IMG/VR virus record: IMGVR_UViG_3300031111_000014
Coordinates: 1 to 53,673 of that record
Direction: 5' to 3' (one strand)
Origin: a virus
Taxonomy: Duplodnaviria; Caudoviricetes
Length of the DNA: 53,673 nt
Position numbers and translations under genes: made by a program. Below, piece after piece: positions 53,506-53,673 of the stretch. The notes beneath the pieces are model-generated. The model did no database searches, was not told where the DNA came from, and worked only from the letters and a program-made list of their open reading frames with translations. Positions within the stretch are counted from its first letter, which is position 1. Each line of letters starts with the position of its first letter.

Positions 53506-53673
53506 CGAGCGGGTCCAGATCGTTGTCGATGCCAAGAACCAGGCAAAGGGCGTCCTTTCGAGCGTCAAAAACCAGGTCCTGGCCATCGGTGCGGCCTATC
53601 TCGGGTGGAAGGCGGTAACGGGTATCATCGGCAGTATTGTTGAGAAGGGCATGGAGTCCGAACAGGCCTGGAA
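53492..53673 (+). CDS. Tape measure protein, 5' part
   Basis: MATRNERVQIVVDAKNQA..., continues into position 1 onward. Confidence 0.85.
   Translation, partial: MATRNERVQIVVDAKNQAKGVLSSVKNQVLAIGAAYLGWKAVTGIIGSIVEKGMESEQAW

Larger units (their letters stand above)
1..53673. mobile_element. Complete (circular) temperate tailed phage genome, siphovirus-like
   Basis: 9-nt terminal identity GGCCTGGAA with in-frame continuation of the tape measure ORF across the ends; integrase, replication, packaging, head, tail and lysis modules present; no tail sheath recognised. Confidence 0.9.

Noticed and set aside
151-53586. Numerous long minus-strand and alternate-frame ORFs in the track
   Set aside because: They shadow well-supported plus-strand genes in GC-rich DNA and show no recognisable motifs

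Overview
The window appears to be one complete, circularly permuted temperate siphovirus-type phage genome. The last 9 nt (GGCCTGGAA) equal the first 9, and the tape-measure reading frame runs continuously across that junction, giving about 53,664 bp. Gene order: tail module (TMP, distal tail/hub, a 1664-aa repeat-rich fibre carrying a BNR-type propeller); lysis (M15 peptidase, holin); DNA methylase and phosphoesterase; a leftward tyrosine integrase divergent from a single Cro-like HTH; early genes (Sak4-like ATPase, Gam-like, XF1762-like, N4-MTase, replication initiator containing DnaA boxes, RusA, DUF5131); a TPP-dependent E1alpha/E1beta pair plus a sugar acetyltransferase; packaging (ParB-MTase, TerS, gpA-type TerL); an accessory insert with a Tad2/DUF2829-like gene and a glycosyltransferase; a portal-gpF fusion; a protease-capsid fusion; a second glycosyltransferase; head-tail genes; tail tube; and a frameshifted chaperone. 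The most unusual signals are: (1) a lysogeny region with no recognisable cI, where the putative attP is a 5'-half tRNA-Thr(CGT) embedded in-frame in the first early ORF and followed by a ~500-nt densely structured RNA-like element; (2) a dispersed sugar-tailoring/glycosylation gene set, possibly for virion glycosylation; (3) a 28-bp motif repeated upstream of three operons. All family assignments come from motif recognition by eye, not database searches.
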